A DNA stretch of 64,000 nt from Deltaproteobacteria bacterium (GTDB lineage Bacteria > Myxococcota > Kuafuiibacteriia > Kuafuiibacteriales > Kuafuiibacteriaceae): assembly GCA_040218735.1 (NCBI GenBank), contig JAVJQW010000017.1, positions 160,001-224,000 of the forward strand, read 5' to 3'. Shown in pieces: positions 62,953 through 64,000 of this stretch (positions are counted from its first letter, which is position 1; every line of letters begins with the position of its first letter). A model generated the notes under the pieces. That model ran no database searches, was not told the DNA's origin, and was given only the letters and a program-made list of their open reading frames with translations. The translations under genes were made by a program, and so were the position numbers.

Positions 62953-63744
62953 TAGAAGGCCGTATCGGCTAGCCGGCGGGGGAGTGCCCAGGCTCGACTT
63001 CGCTTTCGGCGACGGCCGGGGACCTCTCCTCCGGTCAGAAGCCGTTCGTCTCGCCGGGTGTGGCCCCTCGGCTTCGCTGATGGCCGCGGTGGGCGAGCCG
63101 AACTCATTCCCTACGGAGAGGTCCCCGCCCGCCGCCATCGCTCCGCGTGTCGAGTTGCCGCTCACCAGCGATCCGATGGGTGGTGAATCGCCGCGCCCGA
63201 TGTCTGCGCTCCGCTACGCGCGTTGCCCAAACCCAGCGCGTGCATCGGCGTGCTCTCGTGCTGATCTGCAGTCCTACTGCGTTGGGATCAGGCAACGCGA
63301 ATAGCGGAGCGCAAGGGGCGGGCGCTCCGATTCCGAAAGCCGAGCCGCTCCGCCGAGCGCAACGTGCCTTGCCCATCGCGAACGCGGGGTCCCCGTGTCG
63401 ATCGATGGCCCAGCAAGCCGAACCGAGGTCGGCGTGCCCGCCGCCGGAGCGGAGCGAGCGCCTGGGCAGCATGTCGCATCACCTCCGCAATGGCGCGAAG
63501 CTCCTTGGGTCACCCACCCCCATCGGATCGCCGAGTGAAGGCAACTCGACGCGCGGAGCGCTGGGGGCGGACGGGGACGCTCTGGAGGGAATCAGTTCGG
63601 CTCGCCCGCCGCGGCAAACAGCGAAGCCGAGGGGCCACACCAGGCGAGACGAACGGCTTCTGACCGGAAGAGCGTCCCCGGCCGACGCCAAAAGCGAAGC
63701 CGGACCTGGGCACTCCCCTACCGGCAATCCGATACGGCCTCCTA
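62953..63744. repeat. Long imperfect inverted repeat with structured interior (candidate large ncRNA or non-autonomous element)
   Basis: 62953-63186 is the reverse complement of 63510-63744 with ~30 differences by manual alignment; nested hairpins at 63193-63325 and ~63345-63452; no credible ORF. Confidence 0.9.
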
Positions 63745-63999
63745 TGGGAAGCGCAGCTCGATCCACAGGCCGCTGCGGGCGCCGAAGCGGCCCATGCGAA
63801 CGTTCACGCCCTCGATCTCGTAGCGCGGGCGCACCCACGACACGACGCCCTCGAGATCGAGCATGAACGCGAGGTTGTTCGTCACCACGAACGACAACCC
63901 CGTCGACAAGGTCGAGCCGCCCCAGAAGCTGCGCACCGGCGCGACCTCTTGGCTGACGGAGTCGGCCGCGAACCGCCCGAGCTGGAGCCCGATGCAGAT
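63742..63999 (-). CDS. C-terminal fragment of a probable outer-membrane beta-strand protein; truncated by window edge
   Basis: Frame open from the edge; amphipathic beta strands ending GLWIELRFP. Confidence 0.6.
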   Translation of the reverse strand: MCIGLQLGRFAADSVSQEVAPVRSFWGGSTLSTGLSFVVTNNLAFMLDLEGVVSWVRPRYEIEGVNVRMGRFGARSGLWIELRFP

Positions 64000-64000
64000 G

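Noticed and set aside
62930-63520. Hammerhead/HDV ribozyme, tRNA or rRNA inside the hairpin element
   Set aside because: No complete CUGAUGA...GAAA core, HDV pseudoknot, cloverleaf or rRNA signature could be assembled by eye; needs Infernal.
62860-63866. ORFs across the inverted-repeat region (62984-63304, 63147-63866, 63479-63838)
   Set aside because: No codon bias or motifs; their mutual similarity is a by-product of the inverted repeat.

Overview
GC-rich (~70%) chromosomal window from a probable Myxococcota (myxobacteria-like) bacterium, inferred from Cys-rich/DGG-repeat lipoproteins, a myxobacterial-type vWA lipoprotein and an ECF/TPR anti-sigma pair. Recognisable content: a complete cheA-W-R-D-B-Y cluster with a divergent soluble MCP and a PilZ protein (four sigma28-like promoters), tilS-ftsH, an RpoH-like sigma factor, hutU, glnII, otsA/otsB plus GH15, thiolase/hbd, an AcoR-type activator with aldehyde dehydrogenase, TetR-amidase and many secreted proteins. 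No rRNA, tRNA, CRISPR array or transposase was seen. Most unusual signals: (1) two signal-peptide-less enzymes 6 kb apart (a peptidoglycan-binding Cys/His hydrolase followed by a candidate periplasmic immunity gene, and a circularly permuted pyroglutamyl peptidase) share a near-identical enhancer + sigma54 promoter cassette with identical spacing; (2) an ~800 nt non-coding element that folds into a ~230 bp imperfect stem with nested hairpins; (3) a hemerythrin-ODP double di-iron fusion; (4) an in-frame 2x81 bp hairpin-element insertion in an AraC gene; (5) a 29-aa membrane peptide with its own sigma54 promoter. All calls were made by eye from sequence and motifs; no database searches or folding programs were run.
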